Shown one piece after another: positions 27,688 through 38,180 of a DNA stretch of 64,000 bases. How positions within the stretch are numbered: the stretch's first letter is position 1; every line of letters starts with the position of its first letter. The notes below the pieces were generated by a model. That model was not told the DNA's origin. It saw only the letters and a list, made by a program, of their open reading frames with translations, and searched no databases. Both the position numbers and the translations under genes were made by a program. Source of the DNA: a bacterium (GTDB lineage Bacteria > Patescibacteriota > Minisyncoccia > Phycocordibacterales > UBA918); NCBI GenBank assembly GCA_027487145.1, contig JAIYEC010000070.1, positions 4,477 through 68,476 on the forward strand, written 5' to 3'.

Positions 27688-30282
27688 CTAACGTTGTTCC
27701 TCTTCTTGTCTCAGAAGGGCCAATTCCTTCATCAGTCGAACAATTTCTCCAAGGAGAACGACCATCGCTTTCTCTCTCGCTAGTGGTGCATCTGGGTTTT
27801 CAAAATATTCTGGGTACTGTTCTTTTAAGACAGCTTCAGCTGTGGGACTCGTGATAGTACGAAGTTCATCAATACGTTTGGTAGTTTCTCTTACTCTTGT
27901 ACTAGTCGTATTACCTGGGGCTTCAACATGCGACAAAGATACCTGTGTCAGGGTGGGAGTTTTTGTATCGTTTGTTGTACCGAGAGTTGCTCGCCAAGTG
28001 AAAGAAGTACCCTCAAGAGCAAGTTCTTCAAATGTCTCAGGTGAAAAAGGAACAAACGTAACACCTCCATCAATACTGTACTCATAGGCAACACTGGTAT
28101 CGGCAGGAATAGTTACGCTTGGAACAAACGTGGTAAAGCGACGCTTCGTATCGAAGGTTCTTGTCTCACTTGTGTATGTGAAGGAAGACTGATATGGACC
28201 GTTATATACAACCTTAGAAACTTTTGGTGAAGTGCTTGTGTCATCAGTCTCAAGCTCAACCCGATACTGAAGCCATGGATTTGAGCCAAGGGCATTTAGC
28301 GTACAGCTAGTGTAGCTGACGCAAGTGGTCCAACTGCTCCACTCGCCCATAATATCTGGTGTGCTAATTTGAATGTAGTCAATTTCAAGAGTGGTAGCAT
28401 CAAGTTCAGTACCTGAATTACTATAGGTATACGCATCAACTAAGATCATAGAGAAGGGTTGTTGCGCATCAAAAGTTATGGTCTGCCACTCATCAGTAGT
28501 TGCCTGTTTGGAAACATAGAACTCGAATTCATCAGTAGCTAGCCCAATATCCATCAAATCAGTTGATCGATTAAGTACCCTGTACCGCATGGTAACGACA
28601 GAACCAGATTGAAAATAATTATCAGCAAAACTGGTATCAATACCGAAATATGAATATTCAGGAGAGCCTAACGGTTCACCACTAAGACGAAGGACACCAT
28701 TAGTTGCAGTAGCAGTTTGCCAATTATACGCTGAACCATAGCCATAAGGATCGGCAGTATAGCTATCAATGGTATTGAGTTCATCCTGCCACACTGCGTT
28801 AGTTGTACCGGTACGGTATGAGAGCATTATTGAATGATCGTCAGTCGTTGAAGCAGTGACAGAAAGGGATGTGGTAGGAGTAGAGGCGATAAGGCGGGGG
28901 CTACCAAGATATGTACCGTCTGAATTATAAACACTTGGAGAAATAACAGAGAGACCATTAGAAGTGCTCACATATAACCAATCGTCTTCAAGAAACGAAT
29001 GGTAGACCGAATTGCTTACCAATGAAGGATTGCTGCTAACTCCATATTGAGCCACTAAAGTGTCATCTGTGGGACTTATAGTTCCTTGGGTATTTATAAC
29101 AGAGACCCCTATCCCACTTACATAGAGATAGTCATCATCGAGAAATACGTGGTTAACGTAATTCTCTAAAAGAGGAGGAGTACTTCCTTTATCGTAGCGA
29201 GTGACTAACGTATCATCTGCAGGATTATCGAAAGTTCCTTGCGTATTAATTACCGTAAGTCCATCACTTGCTACATACAATAGATTCCCATCCAAAAAAG
29301 AAAAATCTATTCTGTTTGTGGGTAAAGATGGAGTACTTCCGGTGTAGTAGCGAGTTACATACGTATCATCTGCAGGTGAAAGGGTTCCTTTAGTATCAAT
29401 CACTTCCACTCCCCCATATGAATTGAGGTAGAGGTAATTACCATCACGAAATGCCTGTGTAACCCGGGAATTAGCGAGGGACGGTGTACTACCTGTGTCG
29501 TACCGGATAACGAGCGTATCATCAGCTGGTGAGAGTGTACCTTGCGAATTTATCACATTAAATCCGTTGGAGGTGCTGATATATACCAGATTACCCTCTT
29601 TAAACGCATGGCTTGTACAGCCTGTACTGATAGAAGGACTACTTGTATTGGAATACTTCACAAGAAGAGTATCATCAGAAGGGTTGGTTGTACCCTTTGT
29701 ATCAACGACATGGAGACCACCGCCTCCGCCGCCACACCATACACTCATATATAGTAAATCACCTTCTTTAAAAGCATTATAGACAAAATTATCACTCAAC
29801 GCAGGTGAACTTCCTGTATGGTATCGAGCTACGAAAGTATCGTCGGAGGGGTCAGATGTGCTCTTCGTATCAAAGACGTATACCCCAGCATTTCGGGTAC
29901 TTATATAAACTAACCCATTTTCAATGAAGGAATGCGTGATGTAGCCGTAATCATCCGGTAATCCTGGATTCGTTGTCTTAGTATACGCATACCCTTTACT
30001 TATTTCTATTCCTCCATCTTGAAGAAAACTAGTCATCGCAAAGTAGTTTGACTTATTATTTCCAACGGAAAAATCTTCAAGAGTATCATCACTTGTGGAG
30101 GCGGTAGATGTAAGCGAGACTGGTGCTTCACTAAAATCCCAGGTGGTTGTCTCGGTCGCAGTCACGGCAGATGAAAGTTGTAAAAAAATTATAGGAGTGA
30201 GAATAAGTACCAAAAATAGCGCGATCTTAGCTCGACGCTCTTTGAGAACAATGGTATAAGGAGTGAAAATAGACCGTGACAT
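27688..30282 (-). CDS. large secreted repeat protein (about 8 tandem repeats of about 47 aa, LVIVD-like beta-propeller repeat) with a C-terminal coiled coil
   Basis: N-terminal signal/anchor, then repeats of the form DDT[LFY]V.RY.TGS.P.L..N.V...F.DGN.LY.S..G..VI.T.GT, Cys-free and Thr/Ser-rich. Confidence 0.55.
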   Translation of the reverse strand: MSRSIFTPYTIVLKERRAKIALFLVLILTPIIFLQLSSAVTATETTTWDFSEAPVSLTSTASTSDDTLEDFSVGNNKSNYFAMTSFLQDGGIEISKGYAYTKTTNPGLPDDYGYITHSFIENGLVYISTRNAGVYVFDTKSTSDPSDDTFVARYHTGSSPALSDNFVYNAFKEGDLLYMSVWCGGGGGGLHVVDTKGTTNPSDDTLLVKYSNTSSPSISTGCTSHAFKEGNLVYISTSNGFNVINSQGTLSPADDTLVIRYDTGSTPSLANSRVTQAFRDGNYLYLNSYGGVEVIDTKGTLSPADDTYVTRYYTGSTPSLPTNRIDFSFLDGNLLYVASDGLTVINTQGTFDNPADDTLVTRYDKGSTPPLLENYVNHVFLDDDYLYVSGIGVSVINTQGTISPTDDTLVAQYGVSSNPSLVSNSVYHSFLEDDWLYVSTSNGLSVISPSVYNSDGTYLGSPRLIASTPTTSLSVTASTTDDHSIMLSYRTGTTNAVWQDELNTIDSYTADPYGYGSAYNWQTATATNGVLRLSGEPLGSPEYSYFGIDTSFADNYFQSGSVVTMRYRVLNRSTDLMDIGLATDEFEFYVSKQATTDEWQTITFDAQQPFSMILVDAYTYSNSGTELDATTLEIDYIQISTPDIMGEWSSWTTCVSYTSCTLNALGSNPWLQYRVELETDDTSTSPKVSKVVYNGPYQSSFTYTSETRTFDTKRRFTTFVPSVTIPADTSVAYEYSIDGGVTFVPFSPETFEELALEGTSFTWRATLGTTNDTKTPTLTQVSLSHVEAPGNTTSTRVRETTKRIDELRTITSPTAEAVLKEQYPEYFENPDAPLAREKAMVVLLGEIVRLMKELALLRQEEEQR

Positions 30283-30291
30283 ACCTGATAA

Positions 30292-30708
30292 TTAAAATCC
30301 TTGATGGAAAAATCGTAAACACATACCAGGATGTCCAAACTTATTTATAGCCTCATCAGTAAAGCAGTCAGTTGGTGAAAGAGGTGTCCACTCTTCAGTT
30401 GCAGCTGGAACACCACTAGTTACCGTTGTTCGCGATGATTCTGGCAACGATTCACTATCATTTGCCTGTTCTACGAGGATGGTAGATGAGGTACTGGTAG
30501 TGGTTGCTATGTTAGCACTACTACTTGCAGTGGTGGTTGAAACAGTGCCGACTGTTTCTCCAGCAGTGTCTACTTGAATTTCTTTGGAAGGAATTTCTGG
30601 TAAAGCTTGCGGTTCAGGATCATTGGAAGCAAAAACTGTCACGATAAAGAGACTAGTCGAAACTAGCATGCCAAGCAATACCGGAAGACGAGTCACATAT
30701 TGCAACAT
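30292..30708 (-). CDS. hypothetical secreted Ser/Thr-rich small protein
   Basis: Signal-anchor, then a low-complexity T/S-rich region. Confidence 0.35.
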   Translation of the reverse strand: MLQYVTRLPVLLGMLVSTSLFIVTVFASNDPEPQALPEIPSKEIQVDTAGETVGTVSTTTASSSANIATTTSTSSTILVEQANDSESLPESSRTTVTSGVPAATEEWTPLSPTDCFTDEAINKFGHPGMCLRFFHQGF

Positions 30709-30748
30709 ATGTGCTTATGGTAACACGTACACTCAGGGTTTTATCAGA

Positions 30749-32017
30749 CTAGACAAATCTTTCTGGAACCGGAAATGCCTCACAGAGAGCTTGTACTTCT
30801 TTTTGAATAGCTATTTTTGCCTCTGCATCATCTTTAGCCCGCATCGTTGCAATCATAAGTTCAGCTAACTTGGTTGCCTCCGCTTCTTTCATTCCGCGCG
30901 TAGTCATGGCTGGTGTACCAAAGCGAATGCCAGATGGATCCATCGCTGTACGCGGTTCATCAGCAATCATATTTTTATTAAGGGTAATCCCTACCTCATC
31001 AAGTACCATCTCGGCTTCTTTACCGGTAATACCAAGTGACCCATACACATCAGCGAGTAGTAAATGATTATCAGTCCCGCCGCAAAGAAGTCGGATTCCT
31101 TCTTTTTTAAAGACCGCTTCCATAGCTTTGGCATTTTTAAGAATCTGGACCGCGTACTCTTTAAAGTTTGGGTGCAATGCTTCTTGAAACGCTACCGCTT
31201 TAGCTGCAATCACATTCATATGTGGTCCACCCTGCATCCCCGGGAAGACTGCCTTATCAATTCGCTTGGCGAGCTCTGCATCTTCCCGCACCACAATCAT
31301 CCCGCCCCGCGGACCTCGTAGTGACTTGTGGGTAGTCATAGTCATCACGTCAAAACCATAATCAAACGGATTCTTCAGTACCCCACCGGCAATGAGTCCG
31401 GTGATATGCGCAATGTCAGCCACGGTATATGCGCCAACTTCTTTAGCAATCTCTACAAATTTGGCGTAATCAAGCTCGCGAGAATAGGCAGAAAAACCAG
31501 CTAAGATAATCTTTGGCTTGTGTTCGAGCGCCATCTGACGTAAGTGATCATAGTCAATTTCTCCGGTATCAACGTCTTTCATCTTATATCGGACAAAGTT
31601 GAACACTTTATTGATAGCCGTTGTCGGGTGGCCATGAGTGAGGTGTCCGCCGTGAGAGAGATCCATTCCAAGTACGGTATCTCCCGGCTCCATCAGGGCA
31701 AAGTACATCGCAACATTTGCTGCTGCTCCACCAAGTGGTTGGACATTGGCGTACTTCGCCTTAAAGAGTTGCTTCGCTCGTTCAATCGCAAGCGTTTCAA
31801 TGACGTCGGTAAACTGCTGACCACCATAGTATCGCTTGCCTGGGTAGCCTTCAGAGTATTTATTAGTAAAGACAGAACCATTCGCTTCACGCACGGCCTT
31901 ACTCGCGTAGTTTTCGCTTGGGATTAATTCGATTCCTCGTTGCTCACGCAACTCTTCACCCATAAGAGCCTGATAGATGGCGTCGTCTTGCTCTTTAATG
32001 TAGGTATATTCGTTCAT
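30749..32017 (-). CDS. glyA: serine hydroxymethyltransferase
   Basis: LIPSENYAS, the PLP-site THKSLRGPRGG, 422 aa. Confidence 0.95.
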   Translation of the reverse strand: MNEYTYIKEQDDAIYQALMGEELREQRGIELIPSENYASKAVREANGSVFTNKYSEGYPGKRYYGGQQFTDVIETLAIERAKQLFKAKYANVQPLGGAAANVAMYFALMEPGDTVLGMDLSHGGHLTHGHPTTAINKVFNFVRYKMKDVDTGEIDYDHLRQMALEHKPKIILAGFSAYSRELDYAKFVEIAKEVGAYTVADIAHITGLIAGGVLKNPFDYGFDVMTMTTHKSLRGPRGGMIVVREDAELAKRIDKAVFPGMQGGPHMNVIAAKAVAFQEALHPNFKEYAVQILKNAKAMEAVFKKEGIRLLCGGTDNHLLLADVYGSLGITGKEAEMVLDEVGITLNKNMIADEPRTAMDPSGIRFGTPAMTTRGMKEAEATKLAELMIATMRAKDDAEAKIAIQKEVQALCEAFPVPERFV

Positions 32018-32105
32018 GATTAAAATAATTAAGGTAAATAAGAAATTCAGAGATGAACGAATAGCGTTAGATCATAGGGATTTTATTATAAAAACAGTAT
32101 ATCAC

Positions 32106-32136
32106 AAAAGGCCGGAGCTTCGCTCCGGCCTTTTAG
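32106..32136 (-). terminator. rho-independent terminator after thyA
   Basis: aaaaggccggagcttcgctccggcctttt. Confidence 0.7.
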
Positions 32137-32144
32137 CCTTATTT

Positions 32145-33122
32145 CTATGAATTAGTACTTCGATTAGCGTGAATATCAGCGTGGAAGCCTCCCACCACTG
32201 CCATTTCAGCCTTGATTGGTGGATGTGCCTCGTAGTCATGGAGTGTCACATGTTCTGGGCGGAATGATTCAAGTGAGGTCACCTCATCACTAATAGTTAC
32301 CTTCGGAAACGCAAATGGCGCTCTAGAGATTTGTTCTTTCGCTTGTTCGATGTGGTTTTCATAAATGTGAACATCGCCGAAGGTGTGAACAAACTCGCCA
32401 GCCTCGTAGCCAGTAATTTTAGCGAGAATCATGGTGAGAAGCGCATAACTTGCAATGTTAAACGGCACCCCAAGGAAAATGTCAGCGGACCGCTGGTAGA
32501 GCTGGAGACAGAGCTTCCCTTGGTTAATATTTACCTGGTACATATTGTGGCAAATTGGAAACCGCGCGGCTTCGCCAGGACGCGCCATCGCATAGAGGTA
32601 TTCGGGGTTCCAACTTGTCACAATTGCGTTGTGACAATTTGGATCAGCTTTAATTTCATCTACCACCCACTGCAATTGGTCAACACCTCCCCCATCTTTT
32701 CGTGGCCACTTACGCCACATTTCACCATAGATGTGTGGTAACTCACCATGTTGCGCAGCATATGCATCATCAGTCAAAATCTTTTCGATGAATTCATCTT
32801 TGGTGAGTTCTGGCCAACCCTGCGCTTCTCGCTTGTCATTATAGATACGGAACGGATAATCGTTCCAGATATTTACCTTATTATCTACCAAGTACTTGAT
32901 ATTGGTCTGCCCAGAGAGAAACCAGTACAACTCATGGAGCACTCCCTTCCAATACACTTTCTTCGTCGTAAGAAGCGGCAACCCTTCGCTCAAGTCATAT
33001 CGCATTTGTTTTCCAAACAAACTGTACGTGACATCTTTTGACTGCGCATCAACCTGCTTACTTCCTTTTTCTAGAATCTCTTGTACCAAATCAAGATATT
33101 GATACTCTGGGTGTTTATTCAT
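32145..33122 (-). CDS. thyA: thymidylate synthase (ThyA, long form with insert)
   Basis: YLDL..IL..G, WFLSG.TN and the active-site region ..PCH..YQ. Confidence 0.9.
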   Translation of the reverse strand: MNKHPEYQYLDLVQEILEKGSKQVDAQSKDVTYSLFGKQMRYDLSEGLPLLTTKKVYWKGVLHELYWFLSGQTNIKYLVDNKVNIWNDYPFRIYNDKREAQGWPELTKDEFIEKILTDDAYAAQHGELPHIYGEMWRKWPRKDGGGVDQLQWVVDEIKADPNCHNAIVTSWNPEYLYAMARPGEAARFPICHNMYQVNINQGKLCLQLYQRSADIFLGVPFNIASYALLTMILAKITGYEAGEFVHTFGDVHIYENHIEQAKEQISRAPFAFPKVTISDEVTSLESFRPEHVTLHDYEAHPPIKAEMAVVGGFHADIHANRSTNS

Positions 33123-33264
33123 AATGCTTTGTAATTTTATCTCTGGTAAGTGTATAAGGTTGGTAGTTACATATTACCAGTTCCAGGAATTTCGCCTAGG
33201 AAAGGGCAAAATTCGGAACTAAATTCGCAATAGTCGCTACGCTCGTTTGCTCATTTAATACGTG

Positions 33265-33807
33265 TTATTTTTTATCGCTAAAATGATCTGAATTTTTACT
33301 ATCGTACCGCCCTACATCTTCGTAACTTTTTGAACAGGGTGAAGACAGTTTAGCAAAAATAAGCTGAGCAACCTCCATCCCTGGACGAAGAATTATCGGA
33401 ATATTGCTACTATTTACGAGTTCAAACGTCGGATAAAATTTGTGTCCTGGATTAAACAACATAGCGGTGTTATGTACCACGAGTCCTATTCGAGCCAAAC
33501 TGCTCTTTCCCGAAAGAAGAATGAGATGCTCAAGATCGACACCGATAAACTCTTTTTGCTTCCCGAGTACATTCTCTCCTGGATGAAGCACAAACTCCTC
33601 TCCGTCTGGAATAATTATTTTGCGAGTCTTAGGAAAAATTTTACGCGCCGGGTCAGAAGCTTCGATTTGGTGTCGGTCAACGATTTCAAACTCATTCCCA
33701 AGCGTTACATCATAACTAGCAAGCTGAAGTTTTCGCTCGTCAAACGGCTCTATTACCACTGCGCCACTGGCAACCGCTGCTTTTATATCTACATCAGAAA
33801 GAAACAT
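33265..33807 (-). CDS. dcd: dCTP deaminase (dUTPase superfamily)
   Basis: MFLSDVDIKAA..VIEPFDERKLQLASYDVTLG, typical Dcd N-terminus. Confidence 0.75.
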   Translation of the reverse strand: MFLSDVDIKAAVASGAVVIEPFDERKLQLASYDVTLGNEFEIVDRHQIEASDPARKIFPKTRKIIIPDGEEFVLHPGENVLGKQKEFIGVDLEHLILLSGKSSLARIGLVVHNTAMLFNPGHKFYPTFELVNSSNIPIILRPGMEVAQLIFAKLSSPCSKSYEDVGRYDSKNSDHFSDKK

Positions 33808-33809
33808 GG

Positions 33810-34412
33810 CTATTGTATTTTATGTTTAAACTCTTGTAACACATCTTCTGAAAGCAATTCATTAAATACCACGTCACTAAATAACTGAGCTTTGATTCCA
33901 ACCTCACGTGCTGACTCAACGTTCTTATCTTCATTGTCTACAAAACCAACTTCAAAGGGTTCCACATTCAATTTTTCCAGTACAGCTCTAAAGTAGTCAG
34001 GATTCCCTTTCTTAACTTTTAAGTCGGCTGAGAAAAAGTATCCGTCCAACATATCGCCAAGGATCGTTTCAATTTTTCGACTTCTATAATGTTCATTGTT
34101 TGAAGCCAAGTAACACTTGATTCCTTTTTCTCGATAGCCTTGGATTTCCTCTAAAAAATCTTGATCTAAAACTACATCTTCGAACCAATAGTCCATGAAG
34201 TCATCGACCGAACCTTGCCAGCCCCATGATTCTAAAAATGGCACGAGTTCTTCTCTGAGGTCTTTTGCTCCTTCTTGGCATGCACCGAACGGACCTTTAA
34301 AGAATTTCAATACATCTTCAATCGGAACATTATGTTCACGAGAAAACTTCTCACTAAAAAATTCCCCTTTCTTAAGAACTACTCCATCAGCATCAAATAA
34401 TAAAACTTTCAT
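33810..34412 (-). CDS. HAD-superfamily hydrolase
   Basis: Motif I LLFDADGVV. Confidence 0.7.
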   Translation of the reverse strand: MKVLLFDADGVVLKKGEFFSEKFSREHNVPIEDVLKFFKGPFGACQEGAKDLREELVPFLESWGWQGSVDDFMDYWFEDVVLDQDFLEEIQGYREKGIKCYLASNNEHYRSRKIETILGDMLDGYFFSADLKVKKGNPDYFRAVLEKLNVEPFEVGFVDNEDKNVESAREVGIKAQLFSDVVFNELLSEDVLQEFKHKIQ

Positions 34413-34414
34413 AC

Positions 34415-35089
34415 TTATTCAATGACAAAAATTCTATCGGTGCCGTAGTAGTCGGGCCAATTGGCATTATAAAAAGAGAACATACGAGCCAAACGATCTT
34501 GATCAAGCTCAATAATTTCTAACTCTGCCATTAACTCGTCAATCTCTGCGCGCACAGTATCCGCTAGTGCTTCATCATGGACGATCTTCTCTACTTCCGC
34601 CACGTAGCCATACCCAGCGTTTTTATCAAGTGATACACTCGCTCCTTTATACGCATACTCTTCTCGCTCCCGCGACCATTTCGCCTGGTAGGTGAAGCCG
34701 GCATTTAAGATACGCTCGTCAAGTTCATCAAGGGTAACGGCTACTGGTTCTTCAAATTCCATCCGCTTTATAGTATTGGCGCTAGTACCTTCATCAATTG
34801 AAGCCTTGACCACGAGCAACACCTCCCCATCACGCTGCCTGCTACGGATTGAAAACTCAGCACCACGATCAATTGTCACTTTTAACTTAGCCTGTGTCTC
34901 TTCATCAAACAAGTCCTTCACGGCTTCGTACAAGTCCTCCATCGCCCCACCCTCAAAGTAGTGATTGAGTTGTTTGTTAGTGCTGATACAGACACACTCC
35001 GGGTCGAGTGCACACATCTTCTCTTTTAACCTGTCGGCCGTTGCCTGGTCTCCGAGTAAGCTTTTTACCTCAATTTCAAAGTGTGACAT
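34415..35089 (-). CDS. CYTH-domain (triphosphate tunnel metalloenzyme) family protein, putative
   Basis: N-terminal ExExK signature (HFEIEVKSLL) and acidic patches. Confidence 0.4.
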   Translation of the reverse strand: MSHFEIEVKSLLGDQATADRLKEKMCALDPECVCISTNKQLNHYFEGGAMEDLYEAVKDLFDEETQAKLKVTIDRGAEFSIRSRQRDGEVLLVVKASIDEGTSANTIKRMEFEEPVAVTLDELDERILNAGFTYQAKWSREREEYAYKGASVSLDKNAGYGYVAEVEKIVHDEALADTVRAEIDELMAELEIIELDQDRLARMFSFYNANWPDYYGTDRIFVIE

Positions 35090-35311
35090 ATAGCAAGAAA
35101 ATTAGTAGTTTTATTATACTGCCCTCACCGTCAGTCCGACAAAAGACAGTTCTACATGTGTATGGCATAATTGCTTGAGCAAACGAGCACGAAGTGCGAC
35201 TATTGCGAAAGTATACAGGCGCTTAGTATATTTCGACCTCCAAGGGAGAAATAGACTGTAGCGAGCTGTAGAAGTACACCTCTCAATAATCTAGGACCGA
35301 CTAACTCCATT

Positions 35312-35860
35312 ATGTTTACCTTCCTCAAAAAAATCATCCCTCCAACTGAGCCACCAATCGTGATAGTGGCTGCTATGTCAAAGGTTGATCGTGGTATCGG
35401 AAAAGAAAACAAACTACTGTGGCATATCCCAGAAGATCTTAAGCGCTTTAAATCACTCACGTATGGACACCCTATTATTATGGGTCGAAAGACTTTTGAG
35501 TCGATTGTGGCCATTCTTGGAAAACCATTACCCGGCCGGACCAATATTGTTATCACGAGAGACACCACCTACGCACCCGAAGGCGTACACGTAGCCTACT
35601 CATTAGAAGAAGCTATTCTTCACGCTAAGCAAGAGTATCCGGAAGAAATACACATTGGTGGCGGAGCTGAAATCTACCGCTTAGCACTCCCCTTTGTAAC
35701 CAGGCTTCATATCACCTGGATTCACGATAAGCCAGAGGCTGATACATTCTTTCCACCGTTTGAGGAAGAGTTTGAAATCACCAAGACTTATCCCGCAGCC
35801 ACTCACAATACTCTCACCTACCAATGGGTAGACTACGAGAGCAAACGAGGGAAGAAATAA
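35312..35860 (+). CDS. folA: dihydrofolate reductase
   Basis: IVAAMSKVDRGIGKENKLLWHIPEDLKRFK, TYGHPIIMGRKTFESI and RTNIVITRD. The exact start is uncertain. Confidence 0.85.
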   Translation: MFTFLKKIIPPTEPPIVIVAAMSKVDRGIGKENKLLWHIPEDLKRFKSLTYGHPIIMGRKTFESIVAILGKPLPGRTNIVITRDTTYAPEGVHVAYSLEEAILHAKQEYPEEIHIGGGAEIYRLALPFVTRLHITWIHDKPEADTFFPPFEEEFEITKTYPAATHNTLTYQWVDYESKRGKK

Positions 35861-35909
35861 AAAAAGGCAGGGCCGCAATGTCCCCCACCACTTTTATTAC
35901 CATCTTGAA

Positions 35910-36437
35910 TTATGAAACGAGAGCTACCTCTCGAGACATTTGCCTCAGAAGGTTTTCTGAACCCCGAAACAAATCGGGATGTTGTTGCAGAAGCAGCTGG
36001 CTCAAAGCCGAGATCATAGTGCGCTTGTTTGCGCTAAAGCCTTGCTCGGCGATTGCCATGATTTGTTGAGGGGTAAACCAGCCTGCGGCGGGAGCTTCAG
36101 GGCTCTGTTGCAAAACCACACCCGTATGACAGTGAACTAAAAAGAATCGATACCGTTTGGTTCTGCCGTCTTCAACCGCTGGACCAGTAAAATCAGAAGG
36201 TCCATGACTGATACTCCGTAATTGGTACTGCCCAGGCAAAAGACTAACTTCTTGCCACAGTTCACGCTTCAGTGCTTCTTCTGTAGATTCACCAGGTTCA
36301 ACGCCACCGCCAACAAAGGTATGTGTGCACTCCCCACAAGCCTGCGCTTTGCCTGACCAGATCAAACCAAACTGCAGTTGCCCCTTTGAACAGACACGGA
36401 CCAAGACTGCGAGTACCGTTTCTCTGTATGGATTCAT
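35910..36437 (-). CDS. NUDIX hydrolase
   Basis: Nudix box GGGVEPGESTEEALKRELWQEV. Confidence 0.75.
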   Translation of the reverse strand: MNPYRETVLAVLVRVCSKGQLQFGLIWSGKAQACGECTHTFVGGGVEPGESTEEALKRELWQEVSLLPGQYQLRSISHGPSDFTGPAVEDGRTKRYRFFLVHCHTGVVLQQSPEAPAAGWFTPQQIMAIAEQGFSANKRTMISALSQLLLQQHPDLFRGSENLLRQMSREVALVS

Positions 36438-36575
36438 GAATAATCCCCTCTATTTCCCCGGACAAAACTATCCTTGTCTATTATAACCAAACTTGGCTTT
36501 GCGAATATGAAATTTGCTCAGATTTCAAACTATAAAACGCTTTGTAGTTTTCGTAAAACAGTTTTAGCAGAGAGT

Positions 36576-37289
36576 CTAAAGTGAGAGAAAGCGTTCGTAG
36601 AGCACACGAAAGGTGTCTTCTTCAAATGGTACGAGAAAATCTTGTTTGGTATCACTGTCAGTAAAGGTAAGGTTTGGCACTCCGCGGGCAATAACAACAG
36701 GCTGACATTCATCAGTCTCTCCCATCACCACTCCAGCTCCAGCCGCGAGTGCATCAACAACATTACCCACCTCAATTTTCATCTCTCGACCAAAAAGATC
36801 TTCCCGTCCCACGTAATTAATAGTAGGGGCAAAGCCAGCGTACCCGATTGAAATACCCAAAGCACCGCGTCGTAGCGGCGCAGAGTGACTGTCGGTAATA
36901 ACCACTCCGACAGTTTCTAGGTTAAATCGTTTTTTTAGATACACCAAAATATCAAGAGCGCTCTTAAACGGATCTTTCGGCAAGAGAATATAATGCCCAT
37001 TTGCGTTACTCTCATCAATCCCTGCGGTGCCAATAAACGCGTTGTGCTTTACTGTCAGTGGTGACGGCCAATATGATCGTGGAATAAGGAGTTCGGCTTC
37101 CTGTCTCACTAACTCACTTTTTTCAACACTCCCGAGTGGAACACAATTGCCTTCACTGATTGATACCACCTTCGACGACACGATGATAATGTCTCCCTCA
37201 AGCACCTCATCAAGCGACTCGTCGAGTACCGAAAAAAGATCGTCGTACGGCGGCTGCATGATACGGGTTTTGATAGGAATATACTGCAT
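36576..37289 (-). CDS. F420-0:gamma-glutamyl ligase (CofE)-like family protein
   Basis: Pattern ..IIVSSKVVSISEGN.. / VVITDSHSAPLRRGALGISIGYAG resembles the CofE/F420-ligase fold. Homologs of this kind without F420 are common in small genomes. Confidence 0.5.
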   Translation of the reverse strand: MQYIPIKTRIMQPPYDDLFSVLDESLDEVLEGDIIIVSSKVVSISEGNCVPLGSVEKSELVRQEAELLIPRSYWPSPLTVKHNAFIGTAGIDESNANGHYILLPKDPFKSALDILVYLKKRFNLETVGVVITDSHSAPLRRGALGISIGYAGFAPTINYVGREDLFGREMKIEVGNVVDALAAGAGVVMGETDECQPVVIARGVPNLTFTDSDTKQDFLVPFEEDTFRVLYERFLSL

Positions 37290-37598
37290 GGAGACACTAT
37301 AGTGATTTTATATAAAAAAAGAAAGGGGCTATTCACCCCCTTCCGACTCTTTTGGTAACTGCTTGTAATATTCAAGCGCCTCAGCGATTGATCTACCTTT
37401 CTTATCTTTTTGTGATTCTCCTTCAGAGGTTTTGTTTGAACGATTACGGCACCTGGATGCATGTGCAACTGATTTACGATTTCTCATAACCACTCACTTT
37501 GCTCTATCCTGCCGCAGTATAGCAAATAATCTCTCTATGAAAAATGACCGCCGTATACCGGCGGTCACACATATGGTTCAGCGCGTGAAAGTTTTCAC

Positions 37599-38009
37599 TT
37601 ATAGCGCTAGGGCTTCTCTGATACGATCTTGAAACGGATGATCTTCCAGCTTCTTGTATCTCCTTTGGGCATCGTTGGTAAGATGGAGAATAAATCGCTG
37701 ACTCAGCATGTACTTATCGAGTCTCAGTACGACTGGGTGCCATTCCGTACCTCCCCGAATAAATTCCGGAAAGGTTTCGATCAAATCGGGATCAAGACGA
37801 CCGATAACACCCTGAAGCTTTTTCGATGTTTCTTCCTTAAAACTTTCAGCCTTGGGAGGTCTTCTCTTCAAGAGTTTCCCAAAGAAGCTGACAGCTTCTT
37901 CTTTATACTGACGCCGTGGCGTATGCTCTTCGGTCGGCTCAAAGATGTAGACCGCCTCATCAGCAAACCTGACAATGATAAGCGCTTTTTTATTACTAGA
38001 ATTCGGCAC
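37599..38009 (-). CDS. hypothetical protein
   Basis: 136-aa ORF with no motif. It sits where rplA would normally follow rplK. Confidence 0.4.
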   Translation of the reverse strand: MPNSSNKKALIIVRFADEAVYIFEPTEEHTPRRQYKEEAVSFFGKLLKRRPPKAESFKEETSKKLQGVIGRLDPDLIETFPEFIRGGTEWHPVVLRLDKYMLSQRFILHLTNDAQRRYKKLEDHPFQDRIREALAL

Positions 38010-38126
38010 TGAAGTTCCCCTTTGTGTTCTGGATCAGGGTCCGTGTTCTTTGACGCACTCAAAGCGAATTTCTTTCATTTCTTGAATTCTTTGAGTATCC
38101 AACCCATACAGGCTCTATTTGTCAAC

Positions 38127-38162
38127 ACAAAAAGCAGTTGGCAAGCCAACTGCTTTTTGTAC
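38127..38162. terminator. bidirectional hairpin terminator after rplK
   Basis: acaaaaagcagttggcaagccaactgctttttgt. Confidence 0.75.
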
Positions 38163-38180
38163 TTATTTAGATACGTAAGC

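Noticed and set aside
37326-37487. 54-aa basic ORF on the minus strand (MRNRKSVAHASRCRNRSNK..).
   Set aside because: It has no RBS or recognisable ribosomal-protein signature, and it overlaps another frame's ORF. That is not enough to call it.
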